Virus record (IMG/VR): IMGVR_UViG_2718218171_000002
Span: 1 to 39,731 of that record
Origin: a virus
Taxonomy: Duplodnaviria > Heunggongvirae > Uroviricota > Caudoviricetes
DNA: 39,731 nt
Strand: one strand, 5' to 3'
Part shown: positions 1-8,444 of the stretch, piece by piece
How positions within the stretch are numbered: position 1 is the first letter of the stretch
How the letters are laid out: each line of letters begins with the position of its first letter
Program-made: the position numbers and the translations under genes
The notes under the pieces: generated by a model
The model's database searches: none
What the model saw: only the letters and a program-made list of their open reading frames with translations
What the model was told of the DNA's origin: nothing

Positions 1-192
1 TCAGGAGCATTTCTGGTTAACGCCACCGTTAAGAATCCACCCTTCAACAGCTTCACGAAGGTATGATTTTGGGTGGGTTCTGACTGGCTTCGGAAATCCG
101 TGCCGTTTGGTATAGTTCCAGATTGTCTGACGTGATGAAACACCGAGCTTGTTCATCACTTCTTTCTCAGGAATCAGGCTGGTATCGGTCAT
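1..192 (-). CDS. xis: excisionase / AlpA-family DNA-binding protein
   Basis: 63 aa; motif KEVMNKLGVSSRQTIWNYTKRHGFPKPV resembles AlpA/Xis helix-turn-helix; stop codon at 1-3; RBS GGAG upstream of ATG at 192. Confidence 0.6.
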   Translation of the reverse strand: MTDTSLIPEKEVMNKLGVSSRQTIWNYTKRHGFPKPVRTHPKSYLREAVEGWILNGGVNQKCS

Positions 193-204
193 CTTAATTC
201 TCCA

Positions 205-235
205 GGCAAAAAGAAACCGCCATATAGCGGCTCTA
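205..235 (-). terminator. intrinsic terminator-like hairpin immediately upstream of xis
   Basis: Imperfect GC stem (ccgc..gcgg) followed by U-rich tract on the minus-strand transcript. Confidence 0.35.
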
Positions 236-292
236 TCAGATATGTACAGGCCTCATCGAGTGTGAGGCGGTGTGATTTCTTTATTTCCACTC

Positions 293-508
293 TTAATGTT
301 TGTCAGTGAATGGTTTCTCCATCTCCATTAATGCCTTATTCATCTCCTTTCGTAACTCTATAGCCATCCTGACGGCTTCAACCTGAGCAGGATGTCGGTT
401 AATTGCTGGAGAATATCGTCGGGAGCGAAGGATTGAGAAAACAAAGATAATGCAAGCAACTATCTGAATTGCATTGCATGTTATTGATACAATGTGAATT
501 GCAGCCAT
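293..508 (-). CDS. small hypothetical membrane protein (71 aa)
   Basis: N-terminal hydrophobic segment IHIVSITCNAIQIVACIIFVFSIL followed by a charged tail; ATG at 508. Confidence 0.35.
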   Translation of the reverse strand: MAAIHIVSITCNAIQIVACIIFVFSILRSRRYSPAINRHPAQVEAVRMAIELRKEMNKALMEMEKPFTDKH

Positions 509-514
509 CTACTA

Positions 515-540
515 CCCCCAAAAAACCGCCATCAGGCGGC
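515..540 (-). terminator. intrinsic terminator (minus strand)
   Basis: Stem CCGCC/GGCGG with 4-nt loop followed by UUUUUU on the minus-strand transcript. Confidence 0.55.
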
Positions 541-590
541 TTGGTGTTCTTTCAGTTCTTCAATTCGAATATTGGTTACGTCTGCATGTG

Positions 591-779
591 CTATCTGCGC
601 CCATAGCATCCAGTGGTCATAGCAGTCGTTGATGTTCTCTGCTTCGATAACTCTGTTGAATGGCTCTCCATTCCATTCTCCTGTGACTCGGAAGTGCATT
701 TATCATCTCCATAAAACAAAACTCGCCGTAGCGAGTTCAGATAAAAGAAATCCCCGCGAGTGCGAGGATTGTTATTCAT
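591..779 (-). CDS. hypothetical protein (62 aa), doubtful
   Basis: ORF with AAGGTG RBS-like sequence, but a terminator hairpin (708-738) lies inside it; may be non-coding or a shorter ORF. Confidence 0.2.
   Translation of the reverse strand: MNNNPRTRGDFFYLNSLRRVLFYGDDKCTSESQENGMESHSTELSKQRTSTTAMTTGCYGRR
708..738 (-). terminator. intrinsic terminator (minus strand)
   Basis: Stem ACUCGC/GCGAGU with UACG loop followed by UUUUGUUUUAU. Confidence 0.45.
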
Positions 780-1056
780 TGCTGATATTCACCTTTATCG
801 CGAACACCTTTACCGGTTTATCGCCGAAGTGCGGATGTGTGATTGTCTTGATTTCATATCCGTCATACGGAACATCAATTCTACGGCTGGAATCGTCGCG
901 CTTCGGATATCCCTTTGTGATAATCAGGCGGTCATACTTACGGTTAACGAGGCGCTTTTTCCAGTAGTCATTACACAGGCGATACTCTTCCGTTTTCTCC
1001 CCGCGAATCATGGCATCGAAGTATTCACCTTTGACAGCAAGTTGCAGGTTAGCCAT
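772..1056 (-). CDS. ASCH (PUA-like) domain protein
   Basis: GxKxxExR signature (RGEKTEEYR) near N-terminus; start taken at MANLQ (ATG 1056..1054) preceded by GGAGGTG RBS and overlapping upstream stop (TAATG). Confidence 0.5.
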   Translation of the reverse strand: MANLQLAVKGEYFDAMIRGEKTEEYRLCNDYWKKRLVNRKYDRLIITKGYPKRDDSSRRIDVPYDGYEIKTITHPHFGDKPVKVFAIKVNISNE

Positions 1057-1316
1057 TACCGCACCTCCAGTCTCCATACCGCCTGACCAATCCGGCTGGC
1101 ATAGGTATCTTTGGATACTGTTCCGTCTTTAGCCATCTCCATAAGAATTTTGCGCAAATCTGCCGAACGCCATTCTTCATCAGGAAATTCCTTCTCCATT
1201 GCCAACCGCAGATTCCAGGTTGCCATCCTGAATGGATATTCCCCGCCGAGAGCTTTATCTTGCAGGGCAGCCCGGGAACGCATCACCTGCAAAACCTTCT
1301 CTTTTACATCCATCAT
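1056..1316 (-). CDS. hypothetical protein (86 aa)
   Basis: ORF with AGGAGG RBS; start overlaps stop of upstream gene. Confidence 0.5.
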   Translation of the reverse strand: MMDVKEKVLQVMRSRAALQDKALGGEYPFRMATWNLRLAMEKEFPDEEWRSADLRKILMEMAKDGTVSKDTYASRIGQAVWRLEVR

Positions 1317-2053
1317 TTCACCTCCTGCGGAGGTTCTGGTAGCGGCATCCAGTGTGTGACATTGCTAATCAGGTCATATTCATTAGTTTGAGGATGGTTG
1401 CCGCTATCATCTCCATATTTAAGACTCTCCATAAAACCATAATGCTTATTCCCATTAACTCTCACAAAGCCGTAATAAGCAGGTATAACGCCGATCTCAC
1501 ACGTAACCAGTAAAGGAAAACTAGTTCTCCAATTTAGCTCGCCAATTACAGGCATTCGCTCACTACAGCTTATCCAACCATCCGGAGTTACCGGAGAGTT
1601 GCCACCGGGAATATTTTCCGGAATATTTTGTTGTGCGTTTTGTGGTTGTTCGGATTTACCCTGAAGCATGGCGGCGCGGCAGGCGTTCCAGCCAGCTGTT
1701 CGCCCAAGCGCGTAAACTTCAGATGGCTCAAGATAATCAATGTCATGCCCATCCTCATCGTCGTTCTCAGGTAATGCAGCAGGTACTACCGGTACTGGCG
1801 GAGCGGCGTAGACTTCAATAATCCCATTATCAATAGGCCATTCCCCATCCTTGATGTAGTCACTTGTGCCGTCAACTTGCTGTTCTGCAATGTGGAATGC
1901 GCCAATAGGCTCTGCTTCCAGCGATGCCAGTGCAATACGCAGGGCAGCCAGGATATTCCCCTGGTAATCATCAAGCCCGAAAGGAAGCTCATCACGAACG
2001 CTTTCATAATCGTTGATAGCCTGCTGCAGCCATTCTCTTGTGATAGTGCTCAT
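1313..2053 (-). CDS. DUF551-like prophage protein
   Basis: 246 aa; C-terminal WMPLPEPP motif typical of DUF551; ATGA start/stop overlap with upstream gene. Confidence 0.55.
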   Translation of the reverse strand: MSTITREWLQQAINDYESVRDELPFGLDDYQGNILAALRIALASLEAEPIGAFHIAEQQVDGTSDYIKDGEWPIDNGIIEVYAAPPVPVVPAALPENDDEDGHDIDYLEPSEVYALGRTAGWNACRAAMLQGKSEQPQNAQQNIPENIPGGNSPVTPDGWISCSERMPVIGELNWRTSFPLLVTCEIGVIPAYYGFVRVNGNKHYGFMESLKYGDDSGNHPQTNEYDLISNVTHWMPLPEPPQEVK

Positions 2054-2724
2054 GATGCCTCTCCTTTACATGCTTCGGTGACGTTTATTCCAGCGTTGTG
2101 CAGTGCCTCAAGAACCTGATGCTGCCTGTAAACCATTTCAGTGTGGTAAGGCTCGTCAAAATCGACGCGATGCAACATGCTATAGCATTGCGGAAGCACA
2201 ACCTCCCGCAACTCCAGCTCAGCAATGCGCTTCTCTGCGGCTTCCAGCTTCTCGCGCATATCATCAACGTACTCGACCAGAGATCCGCCAGCAGGAATTT
2301 CGCACTCCTCGACCAGTTGGAAGTAGATATCAGCTGCGGCCCGTGTGCTGCTATGCCTAGCGTCGCCCATCTCACCTTCACGAAGAGCATCGCGTTCGGC
2401 GGTAAGATTGGCTATTTTGCTGTCTTTGCCTTCCAGCTCAACGCGCAGCTTCCCTACCGTTAGCGCAATTTCCTCGTTCTCCTGGTCGCGGGATTTGATG
2501 TATTGCTGGTTCCTTTCCCGTTCATCCAGTAGTGCCAAAGCAACCTTTGGATTAAAGGCAGCAATAAATTCAGCGTTGTTTTTCAGAACGTGTTGCGTAA
2601 TCGCCTGACTACTTAGTCGGACCTCATAACCACGTGCGCCACGGTGTGGTTTATATGAGTCCCAGTCTCCCCACGTTGCCTTCTCTGCCGCCTCACGCAG
2701 TGCCTGATAGTCAATCTTGCTCAC
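2050..2724 (-). CDS. Ead/Ea22-like protein
   Basis: 224 aa; N-terminus [16 protein letters not shown] and coiled-coil resemble Ea22-like prophage proteins; GTG start with AGGAGG RBS. Confidence 0.55.
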   Translation of the reverse strand: MSKIDYQALREAAEKATWGDWDSYKPHRGARGYEVRLSSQAITQHVLKNNAEFIAAFNPKVALALLDERERNQQYIKSRDQENEEIALTVGKLRVELEGKDSKIANLTAERDALREGEMGDARHSSTRAAADIYFQLVEECEIPAGGSLVEYVDDMREKLEAAEKRIAELELREVVLPQCYSMLHRVDFDEPYHTEMVYRQHQVLEALHNAGINVTEACKGEAS

Positions 2725-3260
2725 TGGTTTCCTCCTTTGCGAAGCTGGTCGGCGAACAAACGTACACCAGACGCTTCACTGCGTAGAAACTTAACGGCAT
2801 AATCAAAACCACCTCGTTCTGCGTCGTCTGCTCCGTTGTCGAGGTTATCTGCGTACATCTCTACCCCCTGCGCCCGTACTTCAGCCAGGAAAGCATCGGT
2901 GGCTTGGGTTTCTTCAAGCGCTCGCTTAACCTTTTCCTCAGCTTCGCAAATTGACTGAACCCAGAAGTCAGCGTGAGGTGGCCTGCCTGCCTTTTTTATC
3001 TCCGCACGAAGCTCAATTTGCTGAGTTACCGCAGATTTCAGCCTCGCATTCTCCGCCGCCAGCGCCTCGCACTTGGCTTCAAGGTTATCAATCGTGATTC
3101 CGGAAGAACGACACTCACGAAACGCCGTTTCTAGTTTTGATTCAAGTTCACCGAACTTACGCACCAGATATTCAGCGTTTGTTTCGTTAACCTTTAAATC
3201 ACTTGGGATGCATTTACCTTTCAGAAATCCATCCATCTCAATTAGTGACATTTGTTTCAT
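2721..3260 (-). CDS. hypothetical coiled-coil protein (179 aa)
   Basis: ORF in operon context; ATGA overlap with upstream small ORF. Confidence 0.5.
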   Translation of the reverse strand: MKQMSLIEMDGFLKGKCIPSDLKVNETNAEYLVRKFGELESKLETAFRECRSSGITIDNLEAKCEALAAENARLKSAVTQQIELRAEIKKAGRPPHADFWVQSICEAEEKVKRALEETQATDAFLAEVRAQGVEMYADNLDNGADDAERGGFDYAVKFLRSEASGVRLFADQLRKGGNQ

Positions 3261-3421
3261 TTTTTCCCACTCCGCAACATCGCATTCAGATATTTGTTTT
3301 GATTTACTGACGGAAAAGAATTTCTCTTAAGCAATTCCTCTCTCGATGGCATTGGCTTTACGCGTTGGCGAATAATCATTTCTGCCGGAAGAATGCCGGG
3401 ATTGTATGCAAGTCCTCTCAT
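3257..3421 (-). CDS. small hypothetical protein (54 aa)
   Basis: ATG preceded by AGAGGA RBS; stop overlaps next start (ATGA); below the ORF-track length cutoff. Confidence 0.3.
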   Translation of the reverse strand: MRGLAYNPGILPAEMIIRQRVKPMPSREELLKRNSFPSVNQNKYLNAMLRSGKK

Positions 3422-3437
3422 GGTAAATTCCTCTTTG

Positions 3438-3752
3438 TTAATTTATTCGTATGCCTGCTCTTTCTTCATCGAGTTTTTTTAGCTTGTATCGCATAGCTCT
3501 TACTGAATAAATTGAGCGGCAGGTTGCAATTGCTATTTCTTCTGCGGAGAACTTACCGAAAAGTGATACTTCGGCTCTTGTCCAGCGTCTTCCACGAAGT
3601 CGGCTAACAATGTCAGCGCCAATCCTTGTTGCTTTCGCCATAACTGCTTTTTCAGTCCTTTCCAGTTTTTCAGCGATAACTTCAACTGGCATTGTCGCCG
3701 CTACTTCGCGCAAGAAATCGACTTCCCATTTCTCCCATGGAGTCTTTTTCAT
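3438..3752 (-). CDS. hypothetical protein with two internal W-x-x-x-E-V repeats (possible DNA-binding)
   Basis: 104 aa; repeated WEKWEVDFL and WTRAEVSLF segments. Confidence 0.45.
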   Translation of the reverse strand: MKKTPWEKWEVDFLREVAATMPVEVIAEKLERTEKAVMAKATRIGADIVSRLRGRRWTRAEVSLFGKFSAEEIAIATCRSIYSVRAMRYKLKKLDEERAGIRIN

Positions 3753-3763
3753 AGGCGATACCG

Positions 3764-4246
3764 TTATTTGATAAGAAGTGAAGGTTTCCCAACTTTGAGT
3801 TGAGCACCGGGGATATTTATTCCTGCTTTTAGTTGGTGTTTGATTGCCAGTTTGTCGGCTTTAATTGTCGTTTCGAACTCAACGTATTCAGGAGGAAGGG
3901 CGCTTGAGTCGATGATTTCTACAGTTTCTGACGGTTTGCGGATTGTTACCTGGTGAATACCTGCTCGAATCTTTTTCTTGCCAACCATTTCAAGCGATGA
4001 CGCTATATACGCCATAATGCTGTCAATCTTATTTTGAATTACTACGGCTCGCTCATTTAGTGACTTTGCCTCTTCCTTGAGGCGTTCAGCATAACCAGAT
4101 TCATTTTTAATAATGGCGAGAAGTTGCTCTATTTTATCGGTAAATTCTCCTTCCATGCCTTCTATTGTGTCAGCAATCATCTCTGGTTCTAAATCTGAAT
4201 CCATCAATTTTGCGTATTCATTGGCAATTTCATACAGTTTGCTCAC
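3764..4246 (-). CDS. Gp157-family (siphovirus Gp157-like) protein
   Basis: Size and sequence resemble the Gp157 family often encoded next to recT; start assigned to GTG 6 nt after a GGAGG RBS. Confidence 0.5.
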   Translation of the reverse strand: MSKLYEIANEYAKLMDSDLEPEMIADTIEGMEGEFTDKIEQLLAIIKNESGYAERLKEEAKSLNERAVVIQNKIDSIMAYIASSLEMVGKKKIRAGIHQVTIRKPSETVEIIDSSALPPEYVEFETTIKADKLAIKHQLKAGINIPGAQLKVGKPSLLIK

Positions 4247-5132
4247 TGGCAACCTCCAGTTTCGCTTTGCATTCTATGTAAATGGCTTGTACGTTCTGCT
4301 GCAATTTCATTCCAGATGTCAGGCGATATGCTTCTGCAAAATATCGCTTCAAATCGTCCATGTTTTCTGCCTGAGCCATTTCATCGCAAAGAAGTTGTGC
4401 TTTATCCATTATTTCCTGCTGGCGTTTCCGTTCATCTTCGCGGATATCTTCCTCTGATTTGTGCGGCATAACTGGTTCCTGATGCATACCTTCATCTTCG
4501 TTAAGAAGGTGAATGGCATTATCCAGTCGCTGGGCTTTAGGCCAGTATTTGCTGGCGCGTTTAACTATTGTTTTACGCGCCATCTCTTCCCAGAATGTTT
4601 TCCACGGTCCATTCTTTGCCTTGCTCGTTGCTTCCACAGCTTTAATTTCTGCCAGACTCATTTCTTCAGTCAGGTAGTCACCATCTGCTGTTTTAACCGT
4701 GCAATAACCTCCAACAATAGAGCCTCGCTCACCAAATGCGTTGTATTTGTGGGTTGGTGCTGAATCAAGGCCATTTGATTCATAGGTGTCGTTTGAGTAC
4801 ACCAGTTTGCATTGCCCCCACTTAATTGATCCTGTCGATTGCGCAAGATGAAGTAATCCCATGTAACTGATATCAAGGCACACCATGCCGTCGCGAGGAA
4901 CCAGATAAGCCAGTTTGCTGGCCGGGTTTAAGGTGATGCCGATCGCCGCAACATTGATGATGGCGTTCTGTGCGCTGGTTGGATTTGCCAGTGCTGTTTT
5001 AGCCAGGTAATCGTTTTTCTGGAAATACTGAATTGCAAACTGGCTTTCCTTAGCCCATGTCACCGTCTGTTCAGTCAATGCTCCGCAGAATAACTGCTCT
5101 TGCTGTTTAACGAATTCAACGATATTGCTCAT
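4230..5132 (-). CDS. recT: RecT-family single-strand annealing recombinase
   Basis: 300 aa; conserved NGPWKTFWEEMARKTIVKRASKYWP block matches the RecT family. Confidence 0.8.
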   Translation of the reverse strand: MSNIVEFVKQQEQLFCGALTEQTVTWAKESQFAIQYFQKNDYLAKTALANPTSAQNAIINVAAIGITLNPASKLAYLVPRDGMVCLDISYMGLLHLAQSTGSIKWGQCKLVYSNDTYESNGLDSAPTHKYNAFGERGSIVGGYCTVKTADGDYLTEEMSLAEIKAVEATSKAKNGPWKTFWEEMARKTIVKRASKYWPKAQRLDNAIHLLNEDEGMHQEPVMPHKSEEDIREDERKRQQEIMDKAQLLCDEMAQAENMDDLKRYFAEAYRLTSGMKLQQNVQAIYIECKAKLEVASEQTV

Positions 5133-5440
5133 GCAGCTTCTCCATAAATATGTCTGCGTTTGAATATTGCGAAGGCATATTCAGCCTTAACTCTTTCGGT
5201 TATTGCATCCCAGAACCATTCAGCGGCTTTTTCCTGATAGTTACAGTCATCATCTTCCAGCCAGTCGATAGCGTCCTTAGTGTGTTCATCTGGTTTATAT
5301 GAGCGAAGCATTTCGCTTATTGGGTCGCAACGTTTGCAGAGGCGATCAACTTCACTGTTGATTCGTTCGTAATCATCATCGGTAAAACTTGCGATGATTT
5401 GCGATATTTCACGCTTATCATTCAGAGTCAGAATCATCAT
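5129..5440 (-). CDS. hypothetical acidic protein (103 aa) in the gam-like position
   Basis: Translationally coupled (ATGA) immediately upstream of recT; acidic composition. Confidence 0.5.
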   Translation of the reverse strand: MMILTLNDKREISQIIASFTDDDYERINSEVDRLCKRCDPISEMLRSYKPDEHTKDAIDWLEDDDCNYQEKAAEWFWDAITERVKAEYAFAIFKRRHIYGEAA

Positions 5441-5521
5441 CTTTCTCCTGTTCTTTGTGCTGATTGAGCATTTTGTTCATCTGACGAATGAATTCTTCGT
5501 CTGACCAGTTATCTGTAAAAC

Positions 5522-5674
5522 TCATTTCCTGCGATACCACGGAATGTTGATCGCTGATTTCATCGCTTTATTTGCTTCAAGCCACATTTTGGAATCACCA
5601 ATAAATCTGGCTATTACTGCTTTGTTTTGTGCTGCACGAAGCATCTGGTGATTGATGGCTATTTCATTGCGCAT
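5522..5674 (-). CDS. small hypothetical protein (50 aa)
   Basis: ATG preceded by GGAGG RBS; stop overlaps another short ORF start; below ORF-track cutoff. Confidence 0.3.
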   Translation of the reverse strand: MRNEIAINHQMLRAAQNKAVIARFIGDSKMWLEANKAMKSAINIPWYRRK

Positions 5675-5876
5675 AACGCCTCCAGTTGTTTCTTTGCTGC
5701 TCTGATTAATTGTTTAACTCGGCGTGATAATTCAGATTCGTGCGGGTAGAAAGCGGACATGACGCCGCTACCCGCGAGCTGAAAGTGCATCATGGGTAAC
5801 TCCTTATATTTGATTGCATAACGAAAACGCCTCGAGTGAAGCGTTATTGGTATGCGGTAAAGCCGCGCTTGGCGGC

Positions 5877-6293
5877 TTATTTGAAGACTTCTATGAAATC
5901 AAGAACTGATGATATTTCGTGGTTGAACGATTTTCTTTTGTATCTTTCTATCGCAGAGTCTACCTGGTGTTTATAGTCATCGTCGTTTGAGTATTTAACG
6001 AAGCATTCTATTGTCTCAGGCGTTACAGCTATAAGGCTCCACCAACCTTCATCAGATTGATATTCAAATCCCATGCTTTCAAGCCATCCAGCATATTTCC
6101 CTCCAGCATCTTGCCAGTGTGTCTTTTCTGCAAGGAAGCTGTTAACCGTCATATGTGCATCAAGGCATTTATCCAACTGTTTACCATTAAGTAGCCATGC
6201 GCTGACAGTTGCACATCCCAAATCAACTGATTGAGTAGAGATATTGAATTGGTCGTAATTATCTGGATTAACCAGAATATCTGTAATTTCCAT
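5877..6293 (-). CDS. hypothetical acidic protein (138 aa)
   Basis: Start taken at MEITDIL (ATG 6293..6291) preceded by GGAGG RBS; upstream terminator hairpin. Confidence 0.5.
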   Translation of the reverse strand: MEITDILVNPDNYDQFNISTQSVDLGCATVSAWLLNGKQLDKCLDAHMTVNSFLAEKTHWQDAGGKYAGWLESMGFEYQSDEGWWSLIAVTPETIECFVKYSNDDDYKHQVDSAIERYKRKSFNHEISSVLDFIEVFK

Positions 6294-6303
6294 AATTCCT
6301 CCG

Positions 6304-6332
6304 TCAAAAAAATTGCCCTCACACTGGAGGGC
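6304..6332 (-). terminator. intrinsic terminator inside early-left operon
   Basis: Stem GCCCUC/GAGGGC followed by U7 on the minus-strand transcript. Confidence 0.5.
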
Positions 6333-6428
6333 AAAGAAGATTTCCAATAATCAGAACAAGTCGGCTCCTGTTTAGTTACGAGCGACATTGCTCACATAGC
6401 AGACTCGTAAATCTGCTATAGGTGCTTA

Positions 6429-6584
6429 TTCGCATCGCGTGACAACATCAAATTTTTCGAGATTACTTTGTCGCAACAATCCTTCTTCTACGCGGTCAGC
6501 TTTTCTATAATTATCAAATTCGAAATGTTTAATTACTTCTTTTGTTTCTCGCTCTATAACTTCAACAATGTATTTCTTATTCAT
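6429..6584 (-). CDS. small hypothetical protein (51 aa)
   Basis: ATG overlaps stop of upstream gene (ATGA); below ORF-track cutoff. Confidence 0.3.
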
Positions 6585-6880
6585 CATTCTTCCCCAAGAG
6601 CTTTTCTGATTGCTGCAAGACCTTTATTAACAGCTCCATACCATTCTGGATATGTTGTCGTTGTTCTATTTTTGGTTTGCTTAAGTAATAACTGAAGTGC
6701 TTCGAGAAGGTCAGGTGCTGCCGCTATTAGATTGGCATCTTCAATGCATTGAACTTCCTCACAGATTGCAATATACGAACGCCAGCCTGCGCCATTTTCA
6801 AGTGAGTCTGCCTGGATTATTTTAATCTCGTCGCCATCCATCATTATTTCCCACTTGCCTTCAGTACCTTTAAATTCCAT
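6584..6880 (-). CDS. hypothetical acidic protein (98 aa)
   Basis: AGAGGA RBS; contains LIAAAPDLLEAL motif seen in small prophage proteins. Confidence 0.5.
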   Translation of the reverse strand: MEFKGTEGKWEIMMDGDEIKIIQADSLENGAGWRSYIAICEEVQCIEDANLIAAAPDLLEALQLLLKQTKNRTTTTYPEWYGAVNKGLAAIRKALGEE

Positions 6881-6899
6881 GTTATCCTCTGTTGTTTAT

Positions 6900-6935
6900 G
6901 CCAAAAATAAAGGCCACCATCAGGCAGCCTTGTTG
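6900..6935 (-). terminator. intrinsic terminator (minus strand)
   Basis: 7-bp stem with two G-U pairs, UGAU loop, then UUUAUUUUU; sequence-related to the hairpin at 515-540. Confidence 0.45.
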
Positions 6936-7171
6936 TAAATGTTGCAGGTATCAAGTAAGTAATTAGATGGAGCGCCATAAATTATGAATTCATCGTTTGT
7001 CGGGTCCATCTCCATCTCTTGGCCTATTGCCATTCTTGCGTCAGTGTCGTCAGCGGCGAAGCATAAAACAGCCCACGCCCCCATTGTTTTAAAAAGAACT
7101 GCAATTGGCTGTGGTTTTACTGAATTTGCGTTAGCGCGAAAATCATAAATCGCACTTTCATGAAATTCCAT
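6920..7171 (-). CDS. hypothetical acidic protein (83 aa), first gene after N
   Basis: GAGGTG RBS; position corresponds to ral-like genes in lambda but no clear similarity. Confidence 0.5.
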   Translation of the reverse strand: MEFHESAIYDFRANANSVKPQPIAVLFKTMGAWAVLCFAADDTDARMAIGQEMEMDPTNDEFIIYGAPSNYLLDTCNIYNKAA

Positions 7172-7179
7172 ATATCACC

Positions 7180-7479
7180 TCAAATAAGTGGTTTGCTGCC
7201 TAATTTCATTTTCTGGCGACCAACACAAGTCACACCCATTTCACTGCGTGGCTTGCGGTAGTAAATACGATTCTGTTTACGCTCGACTTCTTCTGCCTTC
7301 TTGCAGCGAAGGCTTCCGAGTGATGCTGCTTTATCTGCTCTGACGCAACCAGAGAGCTTTAGCGCAATTTTTCGTGCCAGTCGCTGCTCTTGCATTGCCT
7401 GTTCACGTTGAGCCTGTCTGCGTGCTCTGCGGCGATTTCTGGCGTTATCGTCAGCCAGATATGTAATGACTACTGTCAT
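7180..7479 (-). CDS. N-like transcription antiterminator
   Basis: 99 aa with N-terminal arginine-rich motif (NARNRRRARRQAQREQ); first gene of the leftward operon downstream of nutL; GGAGG RBS. Confidence 0.6.
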   Translation of the reverse strand: MTVVITYLADDNARNRRRARRQAQREQAMQEQRLARKIALKLSGCVRADKAASLGSLRCKKAEEVERKQNRIYYRKPRSEMGVTCVGRQKMKLGSKPLI

Positions 7480-7586
7480 GTTGACCTCCGATGATTGACT
7501 TTGGCGGTGACGCGCCGGGTGCTTATCTTCCGGTTGCCGTCGTGCAGCTGCACTTCACGTCACCCCAAAGCCAACTACTCTTTGGT

Positions 7587-7628
7587 TCCCGCATTTCGGC
7601 GGGACAATCCCATCAATGTTAAAGAGCA
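7587..7628 (-). promoter_or_regulatory. nutL (boxA TGCTCTTTAACA plus boxB hairpin)
   Basis: Minus-strand reading gives a boxA-like sequence followed by a stem-loop; identical 42-bp copy in opposite orientation at 8717-8758. Confidence 0.6.
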
Positions 7629-7664
7629 TGCCAATCTGTTCCGTTTGGCTACCAGCGTCCTGCT

Positions 7665-7710
7665 GATGGCTTAAATTTAAGATCTCTTTAATTAATGGTC
7701 AAGAGTATTT
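7665..7710 (-). promoter_or_regulatory. PL promoter / OL operator region
   Basis: ATTTAAGATCTCTTTAAT (7675-7692) matches the P22-type operator half-site pattern; TTGACC -35 on the minus strand about 17 bp upstream. Confidence 0.5.
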
Positions 7711-7767
7711 TTGAAGAAAACTTAAATTTTCTTTCGTAACTTAAGTTTGGCTTTGATTTTTAAAGGA

Positions 7768-7796
7768 AATAAAAAAAAGGGGCGAATGCCCCCTTA
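7768..7796 (-). terminator. intrinsic terminator at end of repressor gene
   Basis: Stem GGGGC/GCCCC followed by U8 on the minus-strand transcript, overlapping the c2 stop codon. Confidence 0.6.
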
Positions 7797-8444
7797 TGGA
7801 AGGTTTGCTAGTTTTGCATCGACAACTACGCCGATGATTTTGCAGTTTCCGTTGATCTCGATCATCGGATATTGTGGGTTAAGTGGTTTTAGAAACTTCC
7901 TGCCTGCATCAATAACTAACTTCTTGAAAGTTGCCTCGTTTTCTCCTTCGAGCTTTGCAACTACCAGTTTCCCGTTACGCGGCTCTACTTCAGGATCGAC
8001 GAGTATTATCATTCCTTCAGGGATACTGAGACCGGCCGGAGCCGTCATTGAGTCTCCCTTCACGTCCAACCAAAACGAATCTTCTGAACAGTCTACGGTT
8101 GTATCGTACCAGTTATCTATTGCACGCTTATGATATGGTTCTACAGCTTCCATCCAGCATCCTGCGCTCACCCAGCTAATCAGAGGGTATGACCCTCTTG
8201 GATCATGCCTACTGTGATAGGCAATGTTTGAAAGACTTTCCTCTCCTTTCATCAGATAGTCAGGGGAACACTTCAACGCATTAGCCAGGGCGAGAAGATT
8301 CTCTCCATTTGGCTCTGTCTCAGAGCGTTCCCACTGAGATATGGCAACATTAGACACGCCGACCATCTTTCCAAGTGCGGCCTGCCTGATCTTAAGTTCT
8401 TTTCTCCGAGCGCGAATGCGCTCTCCCATCAATTGAGTTTTCAT
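7794..8444 (-). CDS. c2: P22 C2-type prophage repressor (LexA-like, S24 peptidase fold)
   Basis: 216 aa, near-identical over its length to the P22 C2 repressor as remembered. Confidence 0.9.
   Translation of the reverse strand: MKTQLMGERIRARRKELKIRQAALGKMVGVSNVAISQWERSETEPNGENLLALANALKCSPDYLMKGEESLSNIAYHSRHDPRGSYPLISWVSAGCWMEAVEPYHKRAIDNWYDTTVDCSEDSFWLDVKGDSMTAPAGLSIPEGMIILVDPEVEPRNGKLVVAKLEGENEATFKKLVIDAGRKFLKPLNPQYPMIEINGNCKIIGVVVDAKLANLP

Noticed and set aside
629-1086. Plus-strand ORFs of 108-112 aa in the left arm
   Set aside because: Antisense to a tightly coupled minus-strand operon with RBS-supported genes.
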